This document shows, piece by piece, positions 28,680-39,502 of a stretch of DNA of 64,000 bases; position 1 is the first letter of the stretch; each line of letters begins with the position of its first letter. Below the pieces are notes generated by a model that searched no databases, had not been told where the DNA came from, and saw only the letters and a list, made by a program, of their open reading frames with translations. The DNA comes from Candidatus Pampinifervens sinense (GTDB lineage Bacteria; Aquificota; Aquificia; Aquificales; Aquificaceae). The stretch lies in NCBI GenBank assembly GCA_037927135.1, contig JAXSPP010000001.1:128001-192000 (forward strand). Reading direction: 5' to 3'. The position numbers and the translations under genes were made by a program.

Positions 28680-29381
28680 ATGGGAAAAAAGATAGGTTTA
28701 GCGCTCTTGTTCGGATCTGTTTTCATCTTTTCCTGTGGTGGTATAACAAAGGAAGAGTTTGATAAAAGAATGCAAGGCGTGGAGGGAAGACTTGCACAGA
28801 TTGAAGAAAGGCAGAGACTACTTGAAGAAAGGAGTCTAAAGACGGAAAGTAGAATAGATACACTATCGGAAAGCATAGCAAGTATAAGGTTAGAGATTGA
28901 AAGGTTAAAGGTAAACAGGGTGCAAGCTCCTACAAAACTTCCCGAACCAAAAAGGGAAGAAGCAAAGCTTCCTCAAGAAAATAAGCCTGCCGTGCAAGAG
29001 GACTATCAGAAGGAGTACGATGAGGCTTACAGGCTTTACAACCTAAGACAGCTCAACCAGGCCAGGGATAAGTTTATAGAGTTTATAAAGAAATATCCCA
29101 AAACGCCTCTGACAGACAATGCCTATCTGTGGCTTGGTGTAATATACAGGGACCTAGGAGAGTTAAACAAGGCTGAAGCCGTGTGGCTTACCCTTGTGGA
29201 AAGATGTCAAAGAAGGGAGATGGTAGACTGCAATAAGGCACCTTCCGCTTTGCTACAATTGGCAAGGCTTTATGAACAAAGGGGAGATGAGAAAAAGGCA
29301 AAGGAGTTTTATGAAGCTATATTAAAGGATTATCCTCTTTCTGAAGAGGCAAGCATAGCAAAGACAAAGCTTGGAAGGTAA
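28680..29381 (+). CDS. Tol-Pal-associated TPR lipoprotein (YbgF/CpoB-like)
   Basis: Lipobox FSC, coiled coil, F..FIKKYP..P...NA..WLG TPR repeats. Confidence 0.8.
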   Translation: MGKKIGLALLFGSVFIFSCGGITKEEFDKRMQGVEGRLAQIEERQRLLEERSLKTESRIDTLSESIASIRLEIERLKVNRVQAPTKLPEPKREEAKLPQENKPAVQEDYQKEYDEAYRLYNLRQLNQARDKFIEFIKKYPKTPLTDNAYLWLGVIYRDLGELNKAEAVWLTLVERCQRREMVDCNKAPSALLQLARLYEQRGDEKKAKEFYEAILKDYPLSEEASIAKTKLGR

Positions 29382-29382
29382 T

Positions 29383-30063
29383 ATGAAAATACCAAGGCAT
29401 TTGGCCGTTATAATGGATGGAAATGGAAGATGGGCAAGGGAGAGAGGCTTGCCAAGGATAGCTGGACATTACCAAGGTGTAAAGAGGGCAGAGGAGCTGG
29501 TTGATGCCTGTTTAGAGTTAGGTATAAGGTGGCTCACCTTCTTTGCCTTTTCTACTGAAAACTGGAAAAGGCCTGAGGCTGAAGTTAGAGCCTTGATGAG
29601 GTTGTTGGAAGTCTATCTGCGGGAAAACTCTCACAAGCTTCTAGAAAAGGGTATAAAGCTTTCTTTCATAGGAAGGAGGGATAGGTTGCCAAAGAGTCTT
29701 GTGGAGGAAATGGAAAAGGCAGAAAGGCTTACTCCCAAACAGGAAAGATTACACGTCCTTCTTGCCGTTGATTATGGTGGAAGGGATGAGATAATAAGAA
29801 CGGCTAAAAAGTTGGTGGAGGCCGGAGTAGATATTAAAGAAGAAACCTTTAAAAACTTTTCAGACCTTGCCAACGTACCAGATCCAGACCTTCTTATAAG
29901 GACCGGTGGAGAAAAGAGAATATCCAACTTCCTTTTGTGGCATTTGGCTTACACTGAACTGTACTTTACCGATGTCTATTGGCCGGACTTTACAAAAGAA
30001 GAACTTCTTAAGGCTATAGAAGACTTTTCAAAGAGGGCAAGGAAGTTTGGTGCAGTTCTCTAA
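29383..30063 (+). CDS. uppS: Undecaprenyl diphosphate synthase
   Basis: IMDGNGRWA, FSTENWKRP and RTGGEKRISNF motifs. Confidence 0.97.
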   Translation: MKIPRHLAVIMDGNGRWARERGLPRIAGHYQGVKRAEELVDACLELGIRWLTFFAFSTENWKRPEAEVRALMRLLEVYLRENSHKLLEKGIKLSFIGRRDRLPKSLVEEMEKAERLTPKQERLHVLLAVDYGGRDEIIRTAKKLVEAGVDIKEETFKNFSDLANVPDPDLLIRTGGEKRISNFLLWHLAYTELYFTDVYWPDFTKEELLKAIEDFSKRARKFGAVL

Positions 30064-30763
30064 AGGTAGGGAAGGTATAGGCATACTTATAGGAGTGGTG
30101 ACTATTTTAATCAGTCTGTCTCCTTATGCTATATTTTACCTCGCCTTGCTACTCCTTTCCTCTCTTATAGGATACGAAATTTCAAAAGCTATAGGTTTAA
30201 GGCACTTTTATATAGCACCAACCATCTTTATAGTCTATTCCTTCTCCAAAGAGCTAGCAATATCATTTCTCTTACTTGTATCCCTCTACGTAGGTTGGAA
30301 GTCATGGGATTTTCAAAAGTTTTTAAAATCCATACTGGTAGCTGTGTATGCTGGCCTTCTTCCATCTATTCTGTTGGATATCAAGTCTGCAGAAGACTTT
30401 AACCTTGTAAAACTACTACTTTTTGTTTGGGCTGTGGATATCTTTTCATACTATACAGGCAAGAGGTATGGGAAAAGGCAACTTGCACCTAGGCTTTCTC
30501 CAAAGAAAACATGGGAAGGTTTGTTGGGTGGAGCCTTAGCTGGAAGCCTTATCCTTATGCTTTTTTATGGGCTTGATGGACTTCTCTGGTCTCCTCTAAT
30601 GGTAGCTTCCGCAGTAATGGGGGACCTTTTTAAAAGCTATATTAAAAGAAGCGTTGGTATAAAGGATTTTTCCCATATACTGGGAGAGCATGGTGGTTTT
30701 ACCGATAGGTTTGACTCCCTTATATTTACAGCACCCATCTACCTTTTTCTCTTAAAATTTTAG
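30047..30763 (+). CDS. cdsA: Phosphatidate cytidylyltransferase
   Basis: SPKKTWEG and GDLF.S..KR..GIKDF...L..HGG..DRFDS motifs; start uncertain. Confidence 0.95.
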   Translation: MVQFSKGREGIGILIGVVTILISLSPYAIFYLALLLLSSLIGYEISKAIGLRHFYIAPTIFIVYSFSKELAISFLLLVSLYVGWKSWDFQKFLKSILVAVYAGLLPSILLDIKSAEDFNLVKLLLFVWAVDIFSYYTGKRYGKRQLAPRLSPKKTWEGLLGGALAGSLILMLFYGLDGLLWSPLMVASAVMGDLFKSYIKRSVGIKDFSHILGEHGGFTDRFDSLIFTAPIYLFLLKF

Positions 30764-30765
30764 AC

Positions 30766-32079
30766 ATGGACATTAAGGCGTGGGTTGAGGAAGGGTTAAA
30801 AGGCGGTTATGAATACGAGGTGTATTTGGAGAGAAAGAAGAAGACCGTTATAGAAAGTTCGGAAGAAAAACTTGAAAACCTTATAAGATCTCAGGAGGTA
30901 GGCATAGGTATAAGAGTTTTCAAGGAAAATAAGATGGGCTTTGCCTATACTACAGACCTCAGAAGGGAATCGGTAATAGAGTGTGTTAGAATAGCCATGG
31001 ATATCTGTAATATAACACCTAAGGATGAAGGCTTTGCCCTTGGGGCATGTCAGGCTCTTGGTAAGCTGGAAAGTTATTATGATAAGGAAGGACTTGATAT
31101 TCCCCTTGAAGAGAAGATAGAAACAGTTATCGGTCTAGAAAGGAGAGCAAAGAGTATAGACAAAAGAATAAAGGGTGTGAGAAAAGTTAGCCTGAAGGAA
31201 GTGGAGCTTGAAGTGTCCTGCTTTAACTCCTGCGGGCTCTTCTACGACTATAGGGGGACATGGTATAGCTCTATGATAGCCGTTCTTGCGGAAGAGGATG
31301 GAGATCAGTCCATCTCCTATCACTTTGTAGGTGCCAGAAGTCTTTCTGACCTTCCCATAGAAGACATGGTAGAAGAGGCGGTTTTTAAAGCCACTTCAAC
31401 CCTTAAACCTTCACCCTTTGAAACAAAAAGGATGCCTGTAGTTCTCTATAGGGATGCTTCCGCTATGATATTGGAGGCTTTTAGCCCAATCTTTCTCGGT
31501 GATTCTTTGGTGAAGGATAGGACATTTCTAAAGGGAATGGAAGGAGAGAGGGTTTTCTCTGAAAAGCTCAGCATAGTTGATGATGGTACATTAAAAGGAG
31601 GTTTTATGAGCCTTCCGGTGGATGCGGAAGGGTACCTGACCCAGAAGAAGTTTGTAGTAGAAAAGGGAGTATTTAAAGAGTTTTTACACAGTACCTATAC
31701 TGCCCTTAAGGCAAAAAAAGCCCCAACGGGTAACTCGGTGAGGGAAAGTTTTAAAAACTTACCAACTTCTGGCATAACAAACCTTTACATCCAACCGGGA
31801 GATACAAGCCTTGAGGATATGCTTCAGGAAGAGGTCTTTTTAATAACGGACCTTATGGGCTTGCATACAGTAGATCCCGTTTCAGGTGATTTTTCTCTAG
31901 GAGCTTCTGGTATAATATACAAGGGAGGAAAGAAGAAGCAGAGTGTGAGGGGTGTAGTGATAGGGGGGAATATTAAGGAACTCTGGAATCAGATAAAAGC
32001 GGTAGGCAACGATCTTAGATTTTATGGAAATGTGGGTTCGCCTTCATTATACATAGAAAGCATTACGGTAGGAGGCTGA
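30766..32079 (+). CDS. TldD/PmbA family protein (PmbA-like)
   Basis: GIGIRV, DAEG, TGN, SGDFS.G..G and SPS motifs; no HExxxH. Confidence 0.9.
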   Translation: MDIKAWVEEGLKGGYEYEVYLERKKKTVIESSEEKLENLIRSQEVGIGIRVFKENKMGFAYTTDLRRESVIECVRIAMDICNITPKDEGFALGACQALGKLESYYDKEGLDIPLEEKIETVIGLERRAKSIDKRIKGVRKVSLKEVELEVSCFNSCGLFYDYRGTWYSSMIAVLAEEDGDQSISYHFVGARSLSDLPIEDMVEEAVFKATSTLKPSPFETKRMPVVLYRDASAMILEAFSPIFLGDSLVKDRTFLKGMEGERVFSEKLSIVDDGTLKGGFMSLPVDAEGYLTQKKFVVEKGVFKEFLHSTYTALKAKKAPTGNSVRESFKNLPTSGITNLYIQPGDTSLEDMLQEEVFLITDLMGLHTVDPVSGDFSLGASGIIYKGGKKKQSVRGVVIGGNIKELWNQIKAVGNDLRFYGNVGSPSLYIESITVGG

Positions 32080-32080
32080 T

Positions 32081-32683
32081 ATGAATAGATTTTTGGGGGC
32101 TATCTTTCTACTTTCTGGAATAATTGTGCTTTTTATAGGTCAGTGGATGGCTTTTGAAATTTATGCTAACGAAAAATTGAAGCATATAAGTCAGAATATG
32201 GCAAGATTTACCTATGGCCTATACAGTGGTGAAAGCTTCATAAGTATTCCAAAATCTTCGGAAAACATATTCATAATTAGAGCTAACGATGGTAGAATTG
32301 TGACAACTAATAATGTTGTAAGCCCAGTGAATGTTGAAGGTTTTACCTTCAGTGATTACGCTGGTAAAGGTACATACGTATACGTGTATTCAAAGAAAAT
32401 TACTTTAAGCGATTACATTATGCAAGCTATTGAAAAGCCCATTGTTTTAGGAACTTCCTTTTCTGGTTTAATATTAACCTTGTTTGGATTAGTCTTATCG
32501 TTAAAATACAAACAGCCAGGCAAGGTTGATCAAAAGGCTTTAATAGATACTGAAAGCTTAATAAAGAGTTTGAAAGCAGTAAGGGTAGCTTTAGCTATGG
32601 GAGAACTTATACCGCGAGAAAGTTTGCAGGAGGCAAAAAAGATCGTGGAGGATATAATAAAGAAGATGGAGGGTAGAGGATGA
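32081..32683 (+). CDS. Hypothetical two-TM membrane protein
   Basis: Two TM helices flanking a periplasmic region; coupled to the next gene. Confidence 0.7.
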   Translation: MNRFLGAIFLLSGIIVLFIGQWMAFEIYANEKLKHISQNMARFTYGLYSGESFISIPKSSENIFIIRANDGRIVTTNNVVSPVNVEGFTFSDYAGKGTYVYVYSKKITLSDYIMQAIEKPIVLGTSFSGLILTLFGLVLSLKYKQPGKVDQKALIDTESLIKSLKAVRVALAMGELIPRESLQEAKKIVEDIIKKMEGRG

Positions 32684-33984
32684 ATGTGCTTATAGTTTCC
32701 TTTGACAAAAACCTCGTAAAAAAGCTTAAGGATGCCTTAAAAGATTACAACGTAGTAGATGTAAAGAATGGAGAGGAAGCCATAAACACTGTTTCCTCCT
32801 ATATAGATGTGGTCATATACGATGCTGTCTCTGGATCCATCTCTGAAGAGGATATAAACAACATGTACAAGCAGAAGTTCAAAGACTCTAAGTATATCAT
32901 CCTTGTAGATGACCTCTTTCCTGTAGATATGAACAATATAATTCCACCTAAAAAAGTAAAGCTTATGAGAGAAGAAGCTGTGGAAAGGATAAAAGAGGTT
33001 ATAGCTCAGGAAACAACGGAATTCACCTTTACAGAACCTTCTATTATAGAAGTTTTTGAGGGATCCCCCACAGCTACATTGCCGGAACCCACACCCTTAC
33101 CAGAAGAAGGATCCATCATCCTTGATAAACTTCCTTTTGAAACAACAATGGATATACCTTCTTCTGTAGAGAAGAAAAAGGTTATGATCGTATCCTTTGA
33201 TTCGGAGATTATAAATAGGATAAAAGATGCTTTAGCTTCCTATGCAGAGATAATAGAAGCTAAAAACATAAAACAGGCTATGGAAAGAGCTAAAGAAGCG
33301 GATCTTATAATCTTTGATACCATCTCTGGCATGTTGGCCTATAGGACATTGATGGATATGTCAAAGGATGAAGAACTAAAACAAAAGTACTATATACTTT
33401 TAATTGATGAACTATTTACTATAGACGTAGATAGTATACCTCTTTCGGAGAAGTATGCTTACGCAAGAGAAGCTGAGCTTGGTAAAGCTATACAGAAGGT
33501 AATAGAGTTGTTGGAAAAGGAACCACAACCCACTGTAGCTCCCATAGAGGAGGAAAGGGAAAGTATACTAGATCTCTTTGATGAAATATTAGGTTCGCAG
33601 CTTGAAGAGGTAAAAAAAGAGGAGGAGGTAGTTGAAGAACAAGAACAGAAATCTATATTGCCTCAAGAGCAGGAAGAAGTTATAGCAGAGAAAGAGGAAA
33701 GGCAGGAGCCTATACATATAGAATCAGTTGCAGAAAATTTAGCGCAGGCTATTAAAGATATCATAAAAGATAATCTTTCTAGGGACAATCTATATTCACT
33801 ACTATCACAGATAGTAGATTACGAGGATTTGAAAACATATATGGCGAGAGTGGTAGAAAGTAAAGTAGAAGAGGTGATAAGAATGTACATAGAACAACAG
33901 TTTTCAAAGATAGATATGGCACAGATAGTGAGAGAGGAAGCTTATAAGGTGCTGAAAGAAAGGTTAAGAGAAATCATCACTTAA
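32680..33984 (+). CDS. Protein with two atypical receiver domains, acidic linkers and a helical C-terminus
   Basis: Duplicated V(L/M)IVSFD...(V/I)KN..A......D..I(Y/F)D..SG...ILL(V/I)D.LF units. Confidence 0.7.
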   Translation: MNVLIVSFDKNLVKKLKDALKDYNVVDVKNGEEAINTVSSYIDVVIYDAVSGSISEEDINNMYKQKFKDSKYIILVDDLFPVDMNNIIPPKKVKLMREEAVERIKEVIAQETTEFTFTEPSIIEVFEGSPTATLPEPTPLPEEGSIILDKLPFETTMDIPSSVEKKKVMIVSFDSEIINRIKDALASYAEIIEAKNIKQAMERAKEADLIIFDTISGMLAYRTLMDMSKDEELKQKYYILLIDELFTIDVDSIPLSEKYAYAREAELGKAIQKVIELLEKEPQPTVAPIEEERESILDLFDEILGSQLEEVKKEEEVVEEQEQKSILPQEQEEVIAEKEERQEPIHIESVAENLAQAIKDIIKDNLSRDNLYSLLSQIVDYEDLKTYMARVVESKVEEVIRMYIEQQFSKIDMAQIVREEAYKVLKERLREIIT

Positions 33985-35716
33985 CAAACAGGGCTTCCTC
34001 TTTATACCAACCCCAAACTGTAGGAAATAGATTTCCAAACTTGTTCCTTACAGCAATCATACTTTTGGGAGCTACCAAAAATATCATGGGTTGTTCTTCG
34101 GCTATTATCCTGTAGGCCTCCCTATAGAGCCATACTCTTTTACTTTGATCTGTTTCCACTGAAGCCTTATCAAAGAGCTCATCTATCCTTCTTTCCCACT
34201 CGGTGGCAGGTTTTTCTTGCCTTGGATTCCACATATGAAGCGTGCCAGAAGAGTGCCACACGTTTCTACCAAAGTGTGGATCCATAGAACCTGTAAGACC
34301 TATTATGACAGCTTCCCAATCGTAGGGTGGTGAAGTAAGCTTGTTTACAAGGGTGTTAAAATCTATAGTTCTAAAGATGACCTTTATGCCTATTTTTTCA
34401 AGATCCTCTTTTATCATATTTCCCATAGCTTCCCTTTCCTTGTTTCCCGCATTGGTAAGCAAGACTATCTCCACCTTGTTACCTTGCGGATCCTCCAACC
34501 ATCCATCACCATCCCTATCCTTAAAGCCCAAACCTTCTAGAATACTCCTTGCCTTTCTAAGATCATACTCATACACAGGGAATAGACCTTCTTCGTAATA
34601 TGGCCTGTTGGCTGGTGTGATAGGTCCATAAAGGGGCTCTGCAAGACCGTTGTAAACTAAATAGCAAATACCCAACCTGTCTATGGCGTGGGATATGGCT
34701 CTTCTAAACTCCCTGTTTTGAAACCATTGAAGCTTATATTTAGGAATGTTTGACCGAGGGTTCATGTTGAAAACCAAGAAGGTGGTAGAGGGTGTGGGCC
34801 CAAGGTCAAAGAGGGATATACCCTTCATTTTACTTACATAGAGAACATCTTGCGGTCTTATACCTATGTAGTCCACCTCCCCTAGGGAGAACTTCAGTAA
34901 GGCAGTGTCTGGATCTTGCAATATATAGCCTACTTTGCCCTTTATGTATGGTAGCCTTCTACCCTTTTGGTCCTTTTCATAGTAATAAGGATTGGCAGAG
35001 TATTCAACCAGCACACCTTTTATGTATCTTTTTAATATATATGGGCCTGTTCCAACTATCTCTTTAGGGTCTGTGTTTACATTCCAAGCGGTCATAAAGG
35101 TACCTTTTTTGACGTATTCCTCAAGCTTGTGCTTGGGAAGTATGGGTGCAGAGAGGGCATTCAAGAAGGGTGCAAAGGGCTTAGGAAGTCTAAACTCCAC
35201 CGTATACTGATCTAATTTTCTCACAAAGTTCTTTATATCCTCTGGAGTTCTAAGCACGCCTCTGAACATATCACCTGTAGAGTTTGGGATGTTAGGATTT
35301 AGATAAATATCCCTGTAAGTAAAGACCACATCATCTGCACTAAAGGGCTTTCCATCACTCCAGCGCACATCCCTCCGCAGATGGAATACATATACCTTGC
35401 CCCCTTCTCTTTCTTCCCATCTTTCGGCCAAATCCGGTAAAACTTTCATAGTTTTCAAATCTACCTTTGTGAGACCTGTAAATAGGTCTGAAAGAACGAC
35501 AGTGGAAGAAGTCTCCTGGGCTAGGGCAGGGTTTAGAGTCTTAGGGTCTGAACTAAGTACAAAGCTTATCCTTCCACCTTCTTTTCCTTCTTCTAAGTGG
35601 AATTGCTCTGGACTTAATCTAAGAAAGGATACATAACCACCTTTAGGAGAGGAGGAAAGATAGAAGGGGAGGAAGGCAAGGAAGCAAAAAATTAAAGCTG
35701 TTATAAATTGCCTCAT
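33977..35716 (-). CDS. ABC transporter peptide-binding protein (family 5)
   Basis: DPKTLNP, PDLAERW, WSDG.PF.ADDV.FT and GTGPY motifs. Confidence 0.93.
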   Translation of the reverse strand: MRQFITALIFCFLAFLPFYLSSSPKGGYVSFLRLSPEQFHLEEGKEGGRISFVLSSDPKTLNPALAQETSSTVVLSDLFTGLTKVDLKTMKVLPDLAERWEEREGGKVYVFHLRRDVRWSDGKPFSADDVVFTYRDIYLNPNIPNSTGDMFRGVLRTPEDIKNFVRKLDQYTVEFRLPKPFAPFLNALSAPILPKHKLEEYVKKGTFMTAWNVNTDPKEIVGTGPYILKRYIKGVLVEYSANPYYYEKDQKGRRLPYIKGKVGYILQDPDTALLKFSLGEVDYIGIRPQDVLYVSKMKGISLFDLGPTPSTTFLVFNMNPRSNIPKYKLQWFQNREFRRAISHAIDRLGICYLVYNGLAEPLYGPITPANRPYYEEGLFPVYEYDLRKARSILEGLGFKDRDGDGWLEDPQGNKVEIVLLTNAGNKEREAMGNMIKEDLEKIGIKVIFRTIDFNTLVNKLTSPPYDWEAVIIGLTGSMDPHFGRNVWHSSGTLHMWNPRQEKPATEWERRIDELFDKASVETDQSKRVWLYREAYRIIAEEQPMIFLVAPKSMIAVRNKFGNLFPTVWGWYKEEALFVK

Positions 35717-36846
35717 CTTTTTGCCTCTACAAGTTCTTTACCCTTCTTATAAGCCCATCTTATGGCATCCATGATCTCTTCGATGCTTTTGGGCTCTCCA
35801 AAGTTTACAAGGCTTAGTATGTCCTCTACAAGGTCCACAATATCTAAGAAGCCTATCTTACCTTCAAGGAAGAGTTCTACAGCTACCTGATCTGCACCAA
35901 CTAACACTATAGGGTATACACCCCCCATGTGGGCAACCCATTTACAAAGGGGTATGCTTTTGAACTTTTCCGTATCAACCCTTTCAAAATGTATCGGTGA
36001 AAGTTCAAAAAGGCTTTTTCTTTCAAAGGGATAAGGCCTTCTTTCTGGATAGTATAAACTGTACATTATGGGAATTCTCATATCTGTCTGAGATGTATGA
36101 AAGAGAAAAGTGCCATCTATTAGCTCCACTATTCCATGCACTACGCTTTGAGGATGGATCAAAATGTCTAAACTTTCTACAGTGAGGTCAAAAAGGTTAA
36201 TAGCTTCCAAAAGCTCCATACCTTTGTTCATAAGGGTAGCGGAATCTATAGTGATCTTTGCACCCATCTTCCACGTGGGATGGTTTAAGGCCTCTTCCAC
36301 CGATACATACTTTAGCTCCTCAAGGTTTTTGTTTCTGAAGGGCCCTCCAGAGGCCGTAAGGTATACCTTCTTCAAATCCTTCTGGTTTACCATGCTGAGC
36401 AACTGAAATAGGGCATTGTGTTCGCTGTCTACAGGAACTATCAACTTTCTTTTTTCCTTTACAAGCCTCCCAAGGCATATGAGAGATTCCTTATTAGAAG
36501 CTAGAAGCCTTTTCCCTTTTTCAAGTATAAGATAGGTTGGAAATATACCGTCCGTGCCTGATATGGCGTTCATGAGCATGTCCGACTCTTCCACCATGGC
36601 ATAAAGGCCTTCTTCTCCTTTTAAAAACTTTGTTCCTTTTGGAAGGCTGTTTAACCACTCCTTTGAAGGTTCTTCATAGCAGGCTACGTATTTCGGATGA
36701 AACTCTCTTGCTTGCAAAAGGAGCTTTTCTGAGGCCCTGCGGGCCAAAAGGCCTATAAGTTCAAAATCCTCCCTGTTTTCCCTTATCACATCCAAGGTTT
36801 GGCTACCAACAGATCCTGTAGAACCAAGCACACTAAGCCTTCTCAT
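35713..36846 (-). CDS. dxr: 1-deoxy-D-xylulose 5-phosphate reductoisomerase
   Basis: [22 protein letters not shown] and [14 protein letters not shown] motifs. Confidence 0.97.
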   Translation of the reverse strand: MRRLSVLGSTGSVGSQTLDVIRENREDFELIGLLARRASEKLLLQAREFHPKYVACYEEPSKEWLNSLPKGTKFLKGEEGLYAMVEESDMLMNAISGTDGIFPTYLILEKGKRLLASNKESLICLGRLVKEKRKLIVPVDSEHNALFQLLSMVNQKDLKKVYLTASGGPFRNKNLEELKYVSVEEALNHPTWKMGAKITIDSATLMNKGMELLEAINLFDLTVESLDILIHPQSVVHGIVELIDGTFLFHTSQTDMRIPIMYSLYYPERRPYPFERKSLFELSPIHFERVDTEKFKSIPLCKWVAHMGGVYPIVLVGADQVAVELFLEGKIGFLDIVDLVEDILSLVNFGEPKSIEEIMDAIRWAYKKGKELVEAKR

Positions 36847-37805
36847 ACTATACCCGCCCTTAAAATGTCATGCATGTGTATGATGCCTATAGGCCTTTTC
36901 TCTTCATCCACCACCAAAAGAACAGTTATCTTATAATCTTCCATCCTTCTTAAGGCTTCAACGGCCAGTTCATCCATACGAGCCGTTTTAGGGTTGTTGG
37001 TCATAACATCCTTTGCAACGCTTTCATCAAACTTTCCCCCTCTGTTGACAAACCTCCTTAGGTCTCCATCCGTTATTATTCCTACAAGCCTTCCTTCTTC
37101 ATCCACCACCGCAGTGGCACCAAAGCCCTTACTCGTCATCTCTATTATCACTTCCTTCATAGGAGTGTCTTCTTTGACTATAGGCACTTCAGAACCGGTA
37201 TGACAGAGGTCTGCAACACGCCTTAGCCTCCTTCCAAGGGAGCCACCAGGATGGCGTAAGGCAAAGTCCTTTTCTGTAAAGCCGTTTAGTTCAAGAAGCA
37301 CCATAGCAAGGGCATCTCCTAAAACTAAAGAAGCTGTAGAAGAGCTTGTAGGAGCAAGCTGAAGGGGACAAGCTTCCCTTTCCACAGCTAAGAATATATG
37401 CACATCAGCATGCTTTGCTAGGGTAGACTGAGGGTTGTTGGTGATGGCTATAAGGGGCACCCCTAAAAGCTTTATGTAGGGTATAAGGGATATAACCTCT
37501 GGAGACTCTCCACTGTTAGAAAAGGCTATTACCACATCCTTTGCATCTATCATACCAAGGTCTCCGTGAAGAGCCTCTGCAGGGTGAAGGTAGTGGGCTG
37601 GAGTGCCTGTGCTGGAAAGGGTAGAAGCTACCTTCCTAGCTATATGTCCCGACTTTCCCACTCCTGTGGTAATTACTTTACCTTTACAATTCCTCAACAG
37701 TTCTATAGCTTTAACAAAGTTCTCATCCAGACTGTCTCTAAGCTTCTTTAGGGATTCTATCTCTATATCAAAGACCCTTCTTGCCTTCTGTAGAACATGT
37801 TCCAT
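36843..37805 (-). CDS. kdsD: Arabinose-5-phosphate isomerase KdsD/KpsF (SIS + CBS)
   Basis: [18 protein letters not shown] and HPGGSLG motifs, CBS pair. Confidence 0.93.
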   Translation of the reverse strand: MEHVLQKARRVFDIEIESLKKLRDSLDENFVKAIELLRNCKGKVITTGVGKSGHIARKVASTLSSTGTPAHYLHPAEALHGDLGMIDAKDVVIAFSNSGESPEVISLIPYIKLLGVPLIAITNNPQSTLAKHADVHIFLAVEREACPLQLAPTSSSTASLVLGDALAMVLLELNGFTEKDFALRHPGGSLGRRLRRVADLCHTGSEVPIVKEDTPMKEVIIEMTSKGFGATAVVDEEGRLVGIITDGDLRRFVNRGGKFDESVAKDVMTNNPKTARMDELAVEALRRMEDYKITVLLVVDEEKRPIGIIHMHDILRAGIV

Positions 37806-38332
37806 CACTTTTTATAGTTATTTATACCCTTCATGATCTCCTCGTAGGCAAACTCTACACCCTTGAACTCCTCCACCTTTACCCACTTTCCAGGTTCAAG
37901 TTCTTTGTAGTGTTCAAAGAAGTGTTTTATCTTGTCTAGTAGCACTTTTGGTAGGTCCTCATAAGACTTTACATTTTCATAGGTTGGATCCACTTTACTG
38001 TGAGGCACAGCCAAAAGCTTTGTATCTACACCTTCCTCATCTCTCATCTGTAGAGCACCTATAGGCCTGCATCTTATAACAGTACCGGGAGCCACAGGAT
38101 ACCTTGATATGATAAGCACATCTACAGGGTCTCCATCATCCGCAAGGGTTTGGGGTATAAAACCATAATTAAAAGGGTAATGCATGGCGGTAAAGAGAAA
38201 TCTATCAACAAAGATGGCACCACTCTCCTTATCAATCTCATACTTTATAGAGCTGTCCTGCGGTATCTCTACTATCACATAAATGTCCTCTGGTGGATTC
38301 TTTCCAGGTGGTATTTTCCTCACATCCACCAT
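37805..38332 (-). CDS. ppa: Inorganic pyrophosphatase
   Basis: KYEIDK, YP.NYG, DGDPVD and FFEHYK motifs. Confidence 0.97.
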   Translation of the reverse strand: MVDVRKIPPGKNPPEDIYVIVEIPQDSSIKYEIDKESGAIFVDRFLFTAMHYPFNYGFIPQTLADDGDPVDVLIISRYPVAPGTVIRCRPIGALQMRDEEGVDTKLLAVPHSKVDPTYENVKSYEDLPKVLLDKIKHFFEHYKELEPGKWVKVEEFKGVEFAYEEIMKGINNYKK

Positions 38333-38354
38333 ATTCCACCTCCAAAGTTTTATT

Positions 38355-38924
38355 TTACAACTGCACGTTGCAAAAGTTCATGCTTTCTTCCACACCAAAC
38401 TCCACACACCTTATCAAACATTCGCTAGCCCTATCTATGACCCTATAAAGCACAGCCTCCTCTTCCTCACTGAAGGGAGATAGGACATATTCTACCACTT
38501 TATTCTTGTCCTTTGGCCTTCCTATACCAATCCTCAACCTTGGAAACTTCTCACTCTTTATCTCCCTTATTATGGATTCTACACCGTGATGTCCCCCACT
38601 ACTACCTTCCAGTCTTAGCCTCAGCTTCCCCAAAGGTAGGTCTAGATCGTCGTAAACCACCAACATCTCCTCAGGCTTTATATCATACTCCTCCAACAGG
38701 TTGATCACAGCCAATCCAGAATTGTTCATATAAGTTTGAGGTTTGGCCAATATTATGGTCCTCCCGTTTACATTAGCCTTATACACGTGTGAAAGGCACT
38801 CCTCCGAAGGCTTTGAAACTTTGAGTTTTCTTAACAGTTCATCTACTACCATAAAGCCTACATTATGGCGCGTCTTCTCATACTTTTTACCAGGGTTGCC
38901 AAGCCCTACTATAAGCTTTATCAT
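38355..38924 (-). CDS. pth: Peptidyl-tRNA hydrolase
   Basis: GLGNPG..Y..TRHNVGF, KPQTYMN.SG and GGH.G motifs. Confidence 0.97.
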   Translation of the reverse strand: MIKLIVGLGNPGKKYEKTRHNVGFMVVDELLRKLKVSKPSEECLSHVYKANVNGRTIILAKPQTYMNNSGLAVINLLEEYDIKPEEMLVVYDDLDLPLGKLRLRLEGSSGGHHGVESIIREIKSEKFPRLRIGIGRPKDKNKVVEYVLSPFSEEEEAVLYRVIDRASECLIRCVEFGVEESMNFCNVQL

Positions 38925-39490
38925 TCAGAAGGGGTGCTTTCTTCTACTTCAGGCTCTAGCACTACAGCTACCGTCTCTTCTGGAGAGTCAACTATTATGC
39001 ACCCTTCCGGTGGCACAATATCCCTCACGTGCAAAGCATCTCCCAAACCTAGATGGCTCACATCAACGACTATTTTTTCTGGTATTTTGTCAACTTTTGC
39101 CTTTACCGTAAGACTGTGCATGAGAGGCTCAAAGGTTCCACCTAGGCCTACACCGGCTGGTGTTCCCACAAACTCTATAGGCACTTCCACTTCAATCTCT
39201 TGAGTATAGGTTATATCCTGAAGGTCTACGTGGATAGGGTTGTCGCCTAGCCAACCCATCTGTATATCCTTTAGAAGACACAACCTTTTCTCCCCTTCAA
39301 GTTCCGCTTCAATGAGGAAAGTCTCCCCATGAGGGAAGGAGTAGAGGTCCTTTAGGCTCATGTAAGCATGTCTATTTTCCACACCCTTACCATAGATCTC
39401 CACAGGTATATAACCCTGCTTTCTAAACCTTTTTAACTCGCTCTTTTTGCCCACCGTCCTTGGTATCAGCTTAACATAAACCCTTCGCAT
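38921..39490 (-). CDS. rplY: 50S ribosomal protein L25/Ctc
   Basis: R..G.IP..IYG, HVD and G...GV..GG motifs; prs-rplY-pth synteny. Confidence 0.93.
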   Translation of the reverse strand: MRRVYVKLIPRTVGKKSELKRFRKQGYIPVEIYGKGVENRHAYMSLKDLYSFPHGETFLIEAELEGEKRLCLLKDIQMGWLGDNPIHVDLQDITYTQEIEVEVPIEFVGTPAGVGLGGTFEPLMHSLTVKAKVDKIPEKIVVDVSHLGLGDALHVRDIVPPEGCIIVDSPEETVAVVLEPEVEESTPSE

Positions 39491-39502
39491 CTTTTACCTC
39501 CT

